Part shown: piece by piece, positions 7,550 through 16,186 of the stretch
Position numbering within the stretch: the first letter of the stretch is position 1
Layout of the letters: the number at the start of each line of letters is the position of its first letter
DNA from: Methylophaga frappieri
GTDB lineage: Bacteria > Pseudomonadota > Gammaproteobacteria > Nitrosococcales > Methylophagaceae
Length of the DNA: 32,000 nt
Reading direction: 5' to 3'
Assembly (NCBI RefSeq): GCF_000260965.1
Contig: NC_017856.1
Coordinates: forward strand, 1,500,001 to 1,532,000
Notes under the pieces: model-generated
What the model was told of the DNA's origin: nothing
Databases searched by the model: none
What the model saw: the letters and a program-made list of their open reading frames with translations, nothing else
Translations under genes and position numbers: made by a program

Positions 7550-9589
7550 TTAAGCTGCGATACCGGAATGCCTGAGTAACGCATCAATTTGTGGTTCACG
7601 CCCACGGAATGCAATAAATAACTCCATCGGTTCACGGCTACCACCTTGTTCAAGAATCGACTCCAAAAACTCTTGGCCGGTTTTACGATCGAAAATGCCG
7701 TTTTCTTCAAACTTGGAGAAGGCGTCGGCAGATAACACTTCGGCCCATTTATAGCTGTAATAACCCGCCGCGTAGCCCCCCGCAAAAATATGGGCGAAGC
7801 TATGCGCAAATCGATTAAATCTTGGTGGTTTGACAACCGCTACTTCATCACGAACCTGCGCCAATACGGCATCGACCTGATTCGTTTTGGCTGGATCAAA
7901 TTCCAAATGCAGACGGAAATCAAACAGTGAAAACTCTAACTGACGCAACATCATCATGGCGGATTGAAAGTTTCGCGCATCAATCATTTTCTGATACAAG
8001 TCATCAGGCAATTTTTCGCCTGTTTCATAATGCCCCGAAATCAAATCAATGGCTTCACGCTCCCAACACCAGTTTTCCATAAACTGGCTTGGCAATTCGA
8101 CGGCATCCCACGCCACACCATTAATACCAGACACGCCAGCGACATCAATTTTGGTCAGCATGTGATGCAAGCCATGACCAAATTCATGAAACAACGTGGT
8201 GACCTCATCATGTGTAAACAAGGCCGGCTTACCATCGACCGGCTCGGAGAAATTACAGGTCAAAAATGCTACCGGGATTTGAATACCCTGACGGGTCTGG
8301 CGACGAACTTTACATTCATCCATCCAGGCGCCACCGCGTTTATGCTGACGGGCATATAAATCAAGATAGAACTGGGCGCGCACCGCACCATCATCACCGA
8401 CAATTTCAAAAAAGCGGACATCGGGATGCCAGACATCCACTTGTTTGTTTTCTCTTATCTGCAGTCCATACAAGCGATTGACGACAGCAAACAGACCGTC
8501 GACAACGGTATTTTCTGGAAAATAGGGTTTAACCTCTTCTTGCGAAATGGCATAACGCTCTTGGCGTAATTTTTCTGCCCAGTAAGTAATATCCCAGGCT
8601 TCTAATACTATTAAACCAGATTTTTCTTTGGCGTAATCGCAAAGTTCTTTAAATTCCTGCTCAGCAATCGGTTTACTGCGCTGTGCCAGATCCGTCAGGA
8701 AATCCAATACTTGCTGGGGAGTTTGCGCCATTTTGGTGGCCAGTGATCGCTCGGCGTGATTTTCAAAGCCGAGCAACTGTGCTAGCTCATGCCGTAACTG
8801 AAGAATATCCTGCATGACCTGAGAATTATCCCATTGACCGGCATGCGGGCCTTGATCGGAGGCTTTGGTTGCAAATGCGGTATACATTTCTTCGCGCAAA
8901 TCACGATTATCAGCGTAAGACATCACCGGCATATAAGACGGAAAATCCAGGGTAAACAACCAGCCATCAAGATTTTCCCGCTGTGCCATCTGTTTGGCCA
9001 TAGCCACCGTTGAGGGAGGCAGCCCGGCCAATAACGTCTCGTCGGTAATATGTTTTTTCCAGGCATGGGTGGCATCAAGCAGATTTTCTTCAAACTTGAC
9101 ACTACGTTCGGTCATCTGCTGCGACAGTGTTTTAAAACGCTGCCGATCCGCTTCATCAAGCTCCACCCCAGACAGTCGAAAATCACGAACGGCATTATCA
9201 ACTACTTTCTTCTGGGCCACATTGAGGTGATGATATTCGTCACTTTGCTGGAGCGTTTTATAAGCCTGATAAAGCGCTTCGTTTTGCCCTAACTCGGTAC
9301 TGAAATCACTAAGTTTAGGTAAGCAAGCATTGTAGGCTTTACGGAGATCCTCAGAATTCATCACCGAATTGAGATGGCTGACCGGTGACCAGACCGTGTC
9401 GATCATAACGTCCAGCTCTTCCATTGGCACAACCAAGGTTTCCCAAGTCGGTTTGTCAATATTTTGCAAAGTGGTTTTGACTAAATCTCGAGCGCTGGCA
9501 AGCGCAGCATCCAGCGCCGGCTCCACATGCTCAGGCTTGATAGCTGAAAACGGCGGTAAAAAATCTTGATTTAGCAAAGGATTACTCAT
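7550..9589 (-). CDS. prlC: Oligopeptidase A (M3 family zinc metallopeptidase)
   Basis: 679 aa with the HEFGH zinc motif (LFHEFGHGLHHML). Length and overall sequence are typical of PrlC/OpdA. Confidence 0.95.
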   Translation of the reverse strand: MSNPLLNQDFLPPFSAIKPEHVEPALDAALASARDLVKTTLQNIDKPTWETLVVPMEELDVMIDTVWSPVSHLNSVMNSEDLRKAYNACLPKLSDFSTELGQNEALYQAYKTLQQSDEYHHLNVAQKKVVDNAVRDFRLSGVELDEADRQRFKTLSQQMTERSVKFEENLLDATHAWKKHITDETLLAGLPPSTVAMAKQMAQRENLDGWLFTLDFPSYMPVMSYADNRDLREEMYTAFATKASDQGPHAGQWDNSQVMQDILQLRHELAQLLGFENHAERSLATKMAQTPQQVLDFLTDLAQRSKPIAEQEFKELCDYAKEKSGLIVLEAWDITYWAEKLRQERYAISQEEVKPYFPENTVVDGLFAVVNRLYGLQIRENKQVDVWHPDVRFFEIVGDDGAVRAQFYLDLYARQHKRGGAWMDECKVRRQTRQGIQIPVAFLTCNFSEPVDGKPALFTHDEVTTLFHEFGHGLHHMLTKIDVAGVSGINGVAWDAVELPSQFMENWCWEREAIDLISGHYETGEKLPDDLYQKMIDARNFQSAMMMLRQLEFSLFDFRLHLEFDPAKTNQVDAVLAQVRDEVAVVKPPRFNRFAHSFAHIFAGGYAAGYYSYKWAEVLSADAFSKFEENGIFDRKTGQEFLESILEQGGSREPMELFIAFRGREPQIDALLRHSGIAA

Positions 9590-9592
9590 GGC

Positions 9593-9621
9593 CTGTTGGC
9601 TCCTGTCATTCTGTCTGTCAG
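9593..9621 (+). promoter_or_regulatory. Cluster of CTGT(C/T)A direct repeats (Pho-box-like) in the prlC/plcP-like divergent region
   Basis: CTGTTGG (9593), CTGTCAT (9603), CTGTCTG (9611) and CTGTCAG (9615). The two best CTGTCA copies are 12 bp apart, against 11 bp in the canonical E. coli Pho box. Confidence 0.3.
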
Positions 9622-9721
9622 CGGCGATGACGACTGGCGGTCATATTAGTGCAACCAAACATTCACATCGCTGCAATATGCATTCGTTAGTGTGCTTTCA
9701 ACACAAAGGTTGGGGCATATT

Positions 9722-10516
9722 ATGCAATCACAAGTCAGTCCAAAACGAAAACTAAAAGTTCGCAGCGTCTGGATTTCAGATATTCACCTTGGCTTTCGGG
9801 GCTGTAGCGCTGAATTGTTGCTGGACTTCCTGCACCACGTGGAATGCGAGTACCTGTATCTGGTTGGCGACATCATTGATATTTGGGAAATGAAAAAGAA
9901 AATGTTTTGGCCGCAGGAACATAACAATGTGATTCGCACCCTGCTGGGCAAGGCAAAGCACAATACCAAAGTGGTTTATGTACCCGGTAACCATGATGAG
10001 GTTTTGCGTGATTATGACGGCATGGTTTTTGGCAATGTCGAAATCAAACACGACACCATCCATACCACGGCAACCGGTCGCAAACTCCTGATTTTGCATG
10101 GGGATGAATTTGATAGCGTGGTGAAAATATCGCCCATGCTGGCCAAGATTGGCAGTCGCCTCTACGAATTTCTGTTACGAGCCAACCGCTACGTTAACTA
10201 TGTGCGACGCAAAATGGGCTTTTCCTATTGGTCACTGGCCGCGTTTTTAAAACACAAAGTCAAAAATGCCGTGCAATACATTAGTAATTTTGAGGAAGCG
10301 GTTGCGCACGAAGCAGCAAGGCAAGGCGTCGATGGCGTCGTTTGCGGACATATTCACCGCGCCGAAATAACGCAACTGCATGGCATTGATTACTATAACT
10401 GCGGTGACTGGGTAGAGAGCTGCACAGCTTTGGTAGAGAATCCGGATGGCAGTATGGAAATTTTGTCATGGACTGAACTGGCAGCAGAAACCAGCGCTAT
10501 TGCTCAGGCGGCCTGA
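9722..10516 (+). CDS. LpxH-like metallophosphoesterase, probable PlcP-type phospholipase C (often auto-annotated as UDP-2,3-diacylglucosamine diphosphatase)
   Basis: Calcineurin-like phosphoesterase motifs are present: VWISDIHLG, LVGDIIDIW, VPGNHDE, ILHGDEFD, CGHIH. The gene is translationally coupled (TGATG) to a GT4 glycosyltransferase, as in plcP-agt operons. ATG 9722 is preferred to GTG 9692. Confidence 0.8.
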   Translation: MQSQVSPKRKLKVRSVWISDIHLGFRGCSAELLLDFLHHVECEYLYLVGDIIDIWEMKKKMFWPQEHNNVIRTLLGKAKHNTKVVYVPGNHDEVLRDYDGMVFGNVEIKHDTIHTTATGRKLLILHGDEFDSVVKISPMLAKIGSRLYEFLLRANRYVNYVRRKMGFSYWSLAAFLKHKVKNAVQYISNFEEAVAHEAARQGVDGVVCGHIHRAEITQLHGIDYYNCGDWVESCTALVENPDGSMEILSWTELAAETSAIAQAA

Positions 10517-11550
10517 TGAAAATTATTATTGTCACTGACGCTTGGGAGCCGCAAGTCAATGGCGTGGTCCGGACCTTGGGGAAAACGCGCGATTATCTGA
10601 AAAGTTTTGGTCATGATGTCACCATGATCACCCCGCAACGCTTTAAAACAGTGCCCTGTCCTTCTTATCCCAGTATTCGTTTAGCTATTTTACCTTATAG
10701 AAAGTTGGCGAGAATTTTGCGCGACAAGCAGGCCAACGCGATTCATATCGCAACTGAAGGACCGTTAGGCCAAGCCGCTCGGCGCTGGTGTTTACGCCAT
10801 CATGTCCGCTTTACCACCTCTTACCACACTCAGTTTCCGGAATATTTACGGTTGCGTGCACCTATTCCACTGAGTTGGAGCTATGCTTTTTTAAGACGCT
10901 TTCATCAACCTGCAGAGCGTACTCTGGTGCCAACTAAATCGCAGCAGACACGTTTGCAGTCACATGGTTTTGATAAGGTTGAAGTGTGGGGACGCGGTGT
11001 CGATACCCAGGTTTTTCAACCTGAAAACCCAGTAACACTGGACTTGCCGAAGCCGATTTTTGTCAATATGGGCCGTGTGGCGGTGGAAAAAAATATTGAG
11101 GCTTTTTTGGATTTAGATTTACCAGGCAGTAAATTGGTTATCGGCGATGGACCAGACAAAGCACAACTAGAAAAACGCTACCCCGATGTCGTTTTTGCAG
11201 GTGCGAAGTTCGGTGAAGAACTGGCAAGCTGGCTGGCTGGCTGCGATGTCTTTGTATTTCCGAGTAAAACCGACACCTTTGGTCTGGTGATTTTGGAAGC
11301 CATGGCCTGTGGCCTGCCCGTCGCCGCTTACCCTGTGACGGGGCCCATTGATATTATCGATCAAGGGAGTACCGGCTGGATGGATGATAATTTGCAACTT
11401 GCAGCACAGCAGGCATTAACACTGAATAAAGCCGATTGCATTTATTTCGCCGGATTAAATAGCTGGACAGCCTGTAGTCGCGAATTTGAGTCCAAGATGT
11501 TTAATAATACGCCTGAACCACCAGCAAATGCCCTAACAGAGGTCGTATAA
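10516..11550 (+). CDS. GT4-family glycosyltransferase (Agt-like glycosyl-diacylglycerol synthase candidate)
   Basis: The N-terminus MKIIIVTDAWEPQVNGVVRTL and the C-terminal E-x7-E region (FVFPSKTDTFGLVILEAMACGLPV) are typical of GT4/GT-B enzymes. The start overlaps the upstream stop by 1 nt. Confidence 0.85.
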   Translation: MKIIIVTDAWEPQVNGVVRTLGKTRDYLKSFGHDVTMITPQRFKTVPCPSYPSIRLAILPYRKLARILRDKQANAIHIATEGPLGQAARRWCLRHHVRFTTSYHTQFPEYLRLRAPIPLSWSYAFLRRFHQPAERTLVPTKSQQTRLQSHGFDKVEVWGRGVDTQVFQPENPVTLDLPKPIFVNMGRVAVEKNIEAFLDLDLPGSKLVIGDGPDKAQLEKRYPDVVFAGAKFGEELASWLAGCDVFVFPSKTDTFGLVILEAMACGLPVAAYPVTGPIDIIDQGSTGWMDDNLQLAAQQALTLNKADCIYFAGLNSWTACSREFESKMFNNTPEPPANALTEVV

Positions 11551-11687
11551 CCTTTTGCAAACGCATTTTCACTGTGGTTTCAGCACCACAATCAACGCGA
11601 ATTATGACTTTTTTGCGACAGATCGCTTGATTCCCCATCAGCGTGCGTGAGATTATTTCTCTGTAAGTAACTTCAGGAAATAGCGCC

Positions 11688-12416
11688 ATGACGCACGATA
11701 ACTTATTCCGACGCTTTGGTTTTATCGCTTTACTGGCGCTAATGACAGGTTGTGCCAGCACCAGCAATAATCCACAGGATCCCTACGAGAGCTACAACCG
11801 GGCCATGTACAAATTTAATGACACGCTGGATAAAGCAGTTATTAAGCCGGTTGCGCAAGGCTATGACGCGGTGGTCCCTGATCCGATCAGCTGGGGTGTC
11901 AGTAATTTCTTTAGTAACCTCAACGAAATTACGGTCATCATCAACGATTTACTGCAAGGCAAGTTTGAGCAGGCCGCCCACGATACGGGTCGTTTTGCAC
12001 TCAATACCACCGTTGGCGTATTCGGTATTTTCGATGTCGCAGGCCATGCTGGACACAAGAAAAATAATGAGGACTTTGGTCAGACCCTAGGCGTTTGGGG
12101 CGTTGAACCGGGCGCTTACGTCGTCTTACCTTTCTTTGGCCCGCGTACCGTGCGCGATAGCTTTGGTCTGGTTGGTGATATGTTTACGGATCCGGTCATG
12201 TATGTTGAAGGCGATGATGCCCGATTGGCCTTGGCCGGCTTACGAGTCATTGATACGCGTGCCAATTTACTAAAAGCCAGCAAGATTGTTTCTGAAGCGT
12301 CTGACGATGAATACGCTTATATTCGGGATGCCTATCTGCAGCGCCGTCAATATCTGGTTCATGACGGCAACCCACCAACAACCGATGATGACTTTGATTT
12401 GTTTGATGACCTGTAA
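11688..12416 (+). CDS. mlaA: MlaA/VacJ family outer-membrane lipoprotein
   Basis: Lipobox LMTGC, then DPYESYNRAMYKFNDTLDKAVIKPVAQGY and GPRTVRDSFG, which are typical of MlaA. Confidence 0.9.
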   Translation: MTHDNLFRRFGFIALLALMTGCASTSNNPQDPYESYNRAMYKFNDTLDKAVIKPVAQGYDAVVPDPISWGVSNFFSNLNEITVIINDLLQGKFEQAAHDTGRFALNTTVGVFGIFDVAGHAGHKKNNEDFGQTLGVWGVEPGAYVVLPFFGPRTVRDSFGLVGDMFTDPVMYVEGDDARLALAGLRVIDTRANLLKASKIVSEASDDEYAYIRDAYLQRRQYLVHDGNPPTTDDDFDLFDDL

Positions 12417-12438
12417 CCCATAGGTCATGCCAGATTTG

Positions 12439-12467
12439 AAAAGCCGGTTTTACGCCGGCTTTTTTTT
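12439..12467 (+). terminator. Rho-independent terminator after mlaA
   Basis: AAAAGCCGG-ttttacg-CCGGCTTTTTTTT hairpin followed by a T-run. Confidence 0.75.
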
Positions 12468-12557
12468 ACCTGTTCTCGATAAAAATACGCTATAACCACT
12501 GCGATTCTCGCCTTAGATGTTTATACTGATGGCCGGGATTCACCACCAAGAAAAAAC

Positions 12558-13535
12558 ATGACGCTAAGCAATGACAAACTGATTTCACTGGCAACCGCGG
12601 TGATCGATACCGAACTGGATGCAGTCAGTGCTTTGCGGTCGCGAATTGATGCCACTTTTGTAAAGGCTTGTCAGTTTTTATTGCAATGCGAGGGGCGCAT
12701 TGTCGTTATTGGCATGGGCAAATCCGGTCATATCGGCGGCAAGCTGGCGGCGACCTTTGCCAGCACTGGCAGCCCCGCTTTTTTTGTGCATCCGGGCGAA
12801 GCCAGTCATGGTGATCTGGGTATGATTACTAACAAAGATGTGGTCGTTGCGCTCTCAAACTCGGGCGAAACCAGCGAAATTTTGACGATTCTCCCCATTA
12901 TTAAACGACTTAATATCCCTCTGATTGCGCTTACTGGTCGGCCACAATCCACGCTTGCCCGATGCGCCAGTGCACATTTAGATGTCAGCGTTGACAAAGA
13001 AGCCTGTCCGCTTGGTTTGGCACCCACCGCCAGTACCACGGCAACGTTAGTCATGGGCGATGCACTTGCGATTGCTTTACTGGAAGCGCGTGGTTTTACC
13101 GCTGATGATTTTGCTTTGTCTCACCCCGGTGGCCATTTGGGTCGGCGTTTATTACTCCGCGTCAGTGATATTATGCATACAGGTCAGGCTATTCCGCAGG
13201 TCCAGGAATCGGCCGGACTAAGTGAAGCCCTGCTGGAGATGAGCAATAAAAGTCTGGGCATGACGGCAGTGACTAACGCACAGGGTCAATTGTGTGGCAT
13301 TTTCACGGACGGTGACCTACGCCGGGTATTATCTCAAACCGTTAATGTGCATACCGCTTTGCTGGCAGACCATCTGACCCGAAACTGTAAAACCGGCCAG
13401 CCGGATATGCTTGCCGCAGAGGCCTTGGCGATAATGGATCAATACAAAATTAACGCGCTGCTCATTGTCGATCAGCAGCAAAAACTGGTTGGCGCGCTAA
13501 ATATGCACGACTTGCTGCGTGCTGGCGTCGTCTAA
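12558..13535 (+). CDS. kdsD: Arabinose-5-phosphate isomerase KdsD (SIS + tandem CBS)
   Basis: SIS-domain motifs (VVIGMGKSGHIGGKLAATFASTGSPAFFVHPGEASHGDLG) plus a C-terminal CBS pair. Synteny with kdsC-lptCAB supports the call. Confidence 0.95.
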   Translation: MTLSNDKLISLATAVIDTELDAVSALRSRIDATFVKACQFLLQCEGRIVVIGMGKSGHIGGKLAATFASTGSPAFFVHPGEASHGDLGMITNKDVVVALSNSGETSEILTILPIIKRLNIPLIALTGRPQSTLARCASAHLDVSVDKEACPLGLAPTASTTATLVMGDALAIALLEARGFTADDFALSHPGGHLGRRLLLRVSDIMHTGQAIPQVQESAGLSEALLEMSNKSLGMTAVTNAQGQLCGIFTDGDLRRVLSQTVNVHTALLADHLTRNCKTGQPDMLAAEALAIMDQYKINALLIVDQQQKLVGALNMHDLLRAGVV

Positions 13536-13548
13536 AACAGGAATCATC

Positions 13549-14070
13549 ATGCAAGACATTCTGGCGAGAGCCAAACAAATCAAACTGCTTATTTTTGACG
13601 TTGATGGCGTCCTCACGGATGGTCGCATCATTATCGGTGACGATGGTCAGGAATATAAAGCCTTTCATTCGCGTGACGGTCATGGCATGAGGTTGCTTCA
13701 ATATACCGGGGTTGAGATAGGCATTATTACCGGCCGGACCTCCAAGACGGTGGAGCATCGTATGCAAAACCTGGGTATCAACCACGTCTATCAGGGACAA
13801 AAGGTCAAGTTACCGGCTTTTGAAGAATTGACCGCCAAACTGGGCATCAATCCCGAGCAGTGTGCTTATGTGGGCGACGACTGGGTCGATTTGTCGATCA
13901 TGAGTCGAGCTGGGCTTTCGATTGCAGTGCAGGATGCAGATGCGCGTACCAAACAACATGCGCATTGGATTACGCCATCTTGCGGTGGCCAAGGTGCTGC
14001 ACGTGAGGTCTGTGAACTCATTATGGAAGCGCAGGGTACCCTGCAGGATCAATTTGAACGCCATCTTTAA
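13549..14070 (+). CDS. kdsC: 3-deoxy-D-manno-octulosonate 8-phosphate phosphatase KdsC
   Basis: HAD motif LLIFDVDGVLTDG and typical KdsC sequence (FHSRDGHGM..., YVGDDWVDL). ATG 13549 lies just after the kdsD stop. Confidence 0.93.
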   Translation: MQDILARAKQIKLLIFDVDGVLTDGRIIIGDDGQEYKAFHSRDGHGMRLLQYTGVEIGIITGRTSKTVEHRMQNLGINHVYQGQKVKLPAFEELTAKLGINPEQCAYVGDDWVDLSIMSRAGLSIAVQDADARTKQHAHWITPSCGGQGAAREVCELIMEAQGTLQDQFERHL

Positions 14071-14635
14071 TCTGTCCAGACTGACCCGTCTCGGGCTGCT
14101 TGTTGCGGTAGTGGTGAGTCTATGGCTTTTGCTGGCCAGTGAACCTGAACCAACCACGCGCAACACCAATCCAGTCAGCGACGAACGAAGCAGCGATTAC
14201 GCAATGACCGATTTCGTCATGACGGTGATGGATACCAATGGCTATCCGCAACGGATTATCGAAGGTCGAGAAGCAGCCCATTATCCTGATGGCGATCGGA
14301 CACAAATCATCAAACCGGAAGGCCTGATCATGCATCAACAAAAAGATGATTGGATTATGCAAGCCGATATGGCCGATACCACTGGTAAGGGAGAACACAT
14401 TGTGCTGACCGGGAATGTTATTATCACCAACAAGGATCAGCCTTCGATACAATTGTTGACCGATCTGATGCATCTGGACACCGTCAATAATACGGCCTAT
14501 ACCGATCGTCCGGTTGTGATGCGGTCACCCAATGGGGACACGCATGCGGTTGGCTTTCATGCCGCTTTACAGGAAGAAACCATCAATTTGCATTCAAGGG
14601 TAAGAGGACAATATGATGCGCCTGCAACTAACTAG
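14054..14635 (+). CDS. lptC: LPS export system protein LptC
   Basis: An N-terminal TM anchor (LTRLGLLVAVVVSLWLLL) is followed by a beta-jellyroll-type sequence, positioned between kdsC and lptA. The start is uncertain. TTG 14054 is the only plausible start before the TM helix. The track ORF start 13922 lies inside kdsC. Confidence 0.7.
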   Translation: MNAIFNLSRLTRLGLLVAVVVSLWLLLASEPEPTTRNTNPVSDERSSDYAMTDFVMTVMDTNGYPQRIIEGREAAHYPDGDRTQIIKPEGLIMHQQKDDWIMQADMADTTGKGEHIVLTGNVIITNKDQPSIQLLTDLMHLDTVNNTAYTDRPVVMRSPNGDTHAVGFHAALQEETINLHSRVRGQYDAPATN

Positions 14636-15404
14636 CCTGCTTCTTTTCTGGCTGCCAATCGTGGCTTGGGCATTACCAAGTGATAGAGATGAGCCAATCA
14701 ATATCGAAGCGGATCATGCCCAGATGGACGACGCGTCGGGTGTCGCCCAGTACAAAGGTGATGCGATCCTGACTCAAGGCACTTTGCGTATTGAAGGCGA
14801 TATCATCACCTTTTATTACGATGAGAATAAACAACTGAAAAAAGCCGTTGCCGAAGGAAAACTGGCCACTTATAAACAAGTCCATAAACCCGGTGAAGAA
14901 CCCGTTCGTGCCAAAGCATTACGCATGGATTATTTCGCTGGTGATCAAAAAATTTACTTGATTGGTGAAGGTTACGTCTGGCAGAACGGGGATGAATTTA
15001 AAGGCAATCAAATCGAATACGATATTGCCCGTAATGTGGTTTTTGCCAATTCACGCTCTGTTGATATTGATGGCGAAAGCCGGAGCAGTGGCCGTGTACA
15101 CGTCACTATTCAGCCTCCAGGACAACGTCAGCAAGCACCCGCTGCCGAGCCCGCAGTGCCAGCCGAAACTATTCAGGCGCCGTCACAAACCGGAGATACT
15201 TCCTACCCGACTGGTGTTGTCTCCACCGTATTGAATATTCGCACGGGACCAGGGACACAATACGAACGGATTGCCACTTTTGCTGCCAATACCGAGGTGC
15301 TAGTTCTGACACGTCAGCAACAATGGGCACAGGTCAAAGGCATGGTCGATGGCGAACCAACCATCGGCTGGGTAAATGCACGTTATCTGCAGGATGCGCC
15401 CTAA
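14613..15404 (+). CDS. lptA: LPS transport periplasmic protein LptA with C-terminal P/A/Q-rich linker and SH3b domain
   Basis: Signal peptide, then an OstA/LptA core ([36 protein letters not shown]...), then the linker [24 protein letters not shown]. The C-terminus is an SH3_3-like domain: [38 protein letters not shown]...GWVNARYL. Confidence 0.85.
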   Translation: MMRLQLTSLLLFWLPIVAWALPSDRDEPINIEADHAQMDDASGVAQYKGDAILTQGTLRIEGDIITFYYDENKQLKKAVAEGKLATYKQVHKPGEEPVRAKALRMDYFAGDQKIYLIGEGYVWQNGDEFKGNQIEYDIARNVVFANSRSVDIDGESRSSGRVHVTIQPPGQRQQAPAAEPAVPAETIQAPSQTGDTSYPTGVVSTVLNIRTGPGTQYERIATFAANTEVLVLTRQQQWAQVKGMVDGEPTIGWVNARYLQDAP

Positions 15405-15409
15405 CTTCA

Positions 15410-16135
15410 ATGCGTAAACTTGCTGCACAGCACCTTGCCAAACAGTATGGCTCTCGTCAGGTCGTCAAACAGATTTCGCTAGAAGTTAACAGCGGCGAGA
15501 TAGTCGGCTTATTGGGACCCAATGGCGCGGGCAAAACCACCAGTTTTTATATGATCGTCGGCTTAGTCCCCGTAGATCGGGGGCATATCTTTCTGGACCA
15601 ACAGGAAGTCACTCGTGAGCCCATGCATCTGCGCGCCCAGCGCGGTATCGGCTATCTACCCCAGGAGGCATCGGTATTTCGTAAACTAACGGTAGAACAG
15701 AACCTGCGAGCCATTATCGAAACACGGCAGGATCTCACTGCCGACGCGGCTTCGTCTCTGCTTGATCGTCTGCTGAGTGATTTTCATATTGAACCCATTC
15801 GTGACGCGCTGGGTATGGCCTTGTCCGGCGGCGAACGACGGCGTGTCGAAATTGCCCGCGCCTTGGCAACCGAGCCTGATTTTATTTTACTTGATGAGCC
15901 TTTTGCCGGTGTCGATCCGATTTCTGTACTCGACATTCAAGGCATCATTAAAGATCTGGCCGCACGCGGTATCGGCATCCTGATTACCGACCACAATGTC
16001 CGAGAAACGCTGAGCGTCTGTCAGCGCGCCTATATCTTTAACGAAGGGGAAGTCATTGCCAGAGGGACCCCGGCAGAGATATTAAAAAATGAACAAGTCC
16101 TCAATGTTTATCTGGGTCGCGAGTTCAGGCTTTAA
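15410..16135 (+). CDS. lptB: LPS export ABC transporter ATP-binding protein LptB
   Basis: Walker [10 protein letters not shown], signature LSGGERRR, Walker [13 protein letters not shown] 15410 lies 5 nt after the lptA stop, so the track start 15323 is an artefactual extension. Confidence 0.95.
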   Translation: MRKLAAQHLAKQYGSRQVVKQISLEVNSGEIVGLLGPNGAGKTTSFYMIVGLVPVDRGHIFLDQQEVTREPMHLRAQRGIGYLPQEASVFRKLTVEQNLRAIIETRQDLTADAASSLLDRLLSDFHIEPIRDALGMALSGGERRRVEIARALATEPDFILLDEPFAGVDPISVLDIQGIIKDLAARGIGILITDHNVRETLSVCQRAYIFNEGEVIARGTPAEILKNEQVLNVYLGREFRL

Positions 16136-16186
16136 ATACGTTTAATTCAGGGTATGATAAGCCCAATTGCCCTTTAGGGATGATGG

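Noticed and set aside
9603-9621. Calling the CTGTCAT...CTGTCAG pair a bona fide Pho box.
   Set aside because: The repeat spacing is 12 bp, not the canonical 11 bp, and the site lies within the likely prlC 5' leader. It is kept only as a low-confidence candidate.
13922-14053. The track's N-terminal extension of the lptC ORF (start at 13922), and similarly 15323-15409 for lptB and 21886-21906 for guaA.
   Set aside because: The extensions overlap the preceding well-supported genes (kdsC, lptA) or begin at weak non-ATG codons. Internal starts that fit the family N-termini are used instead.
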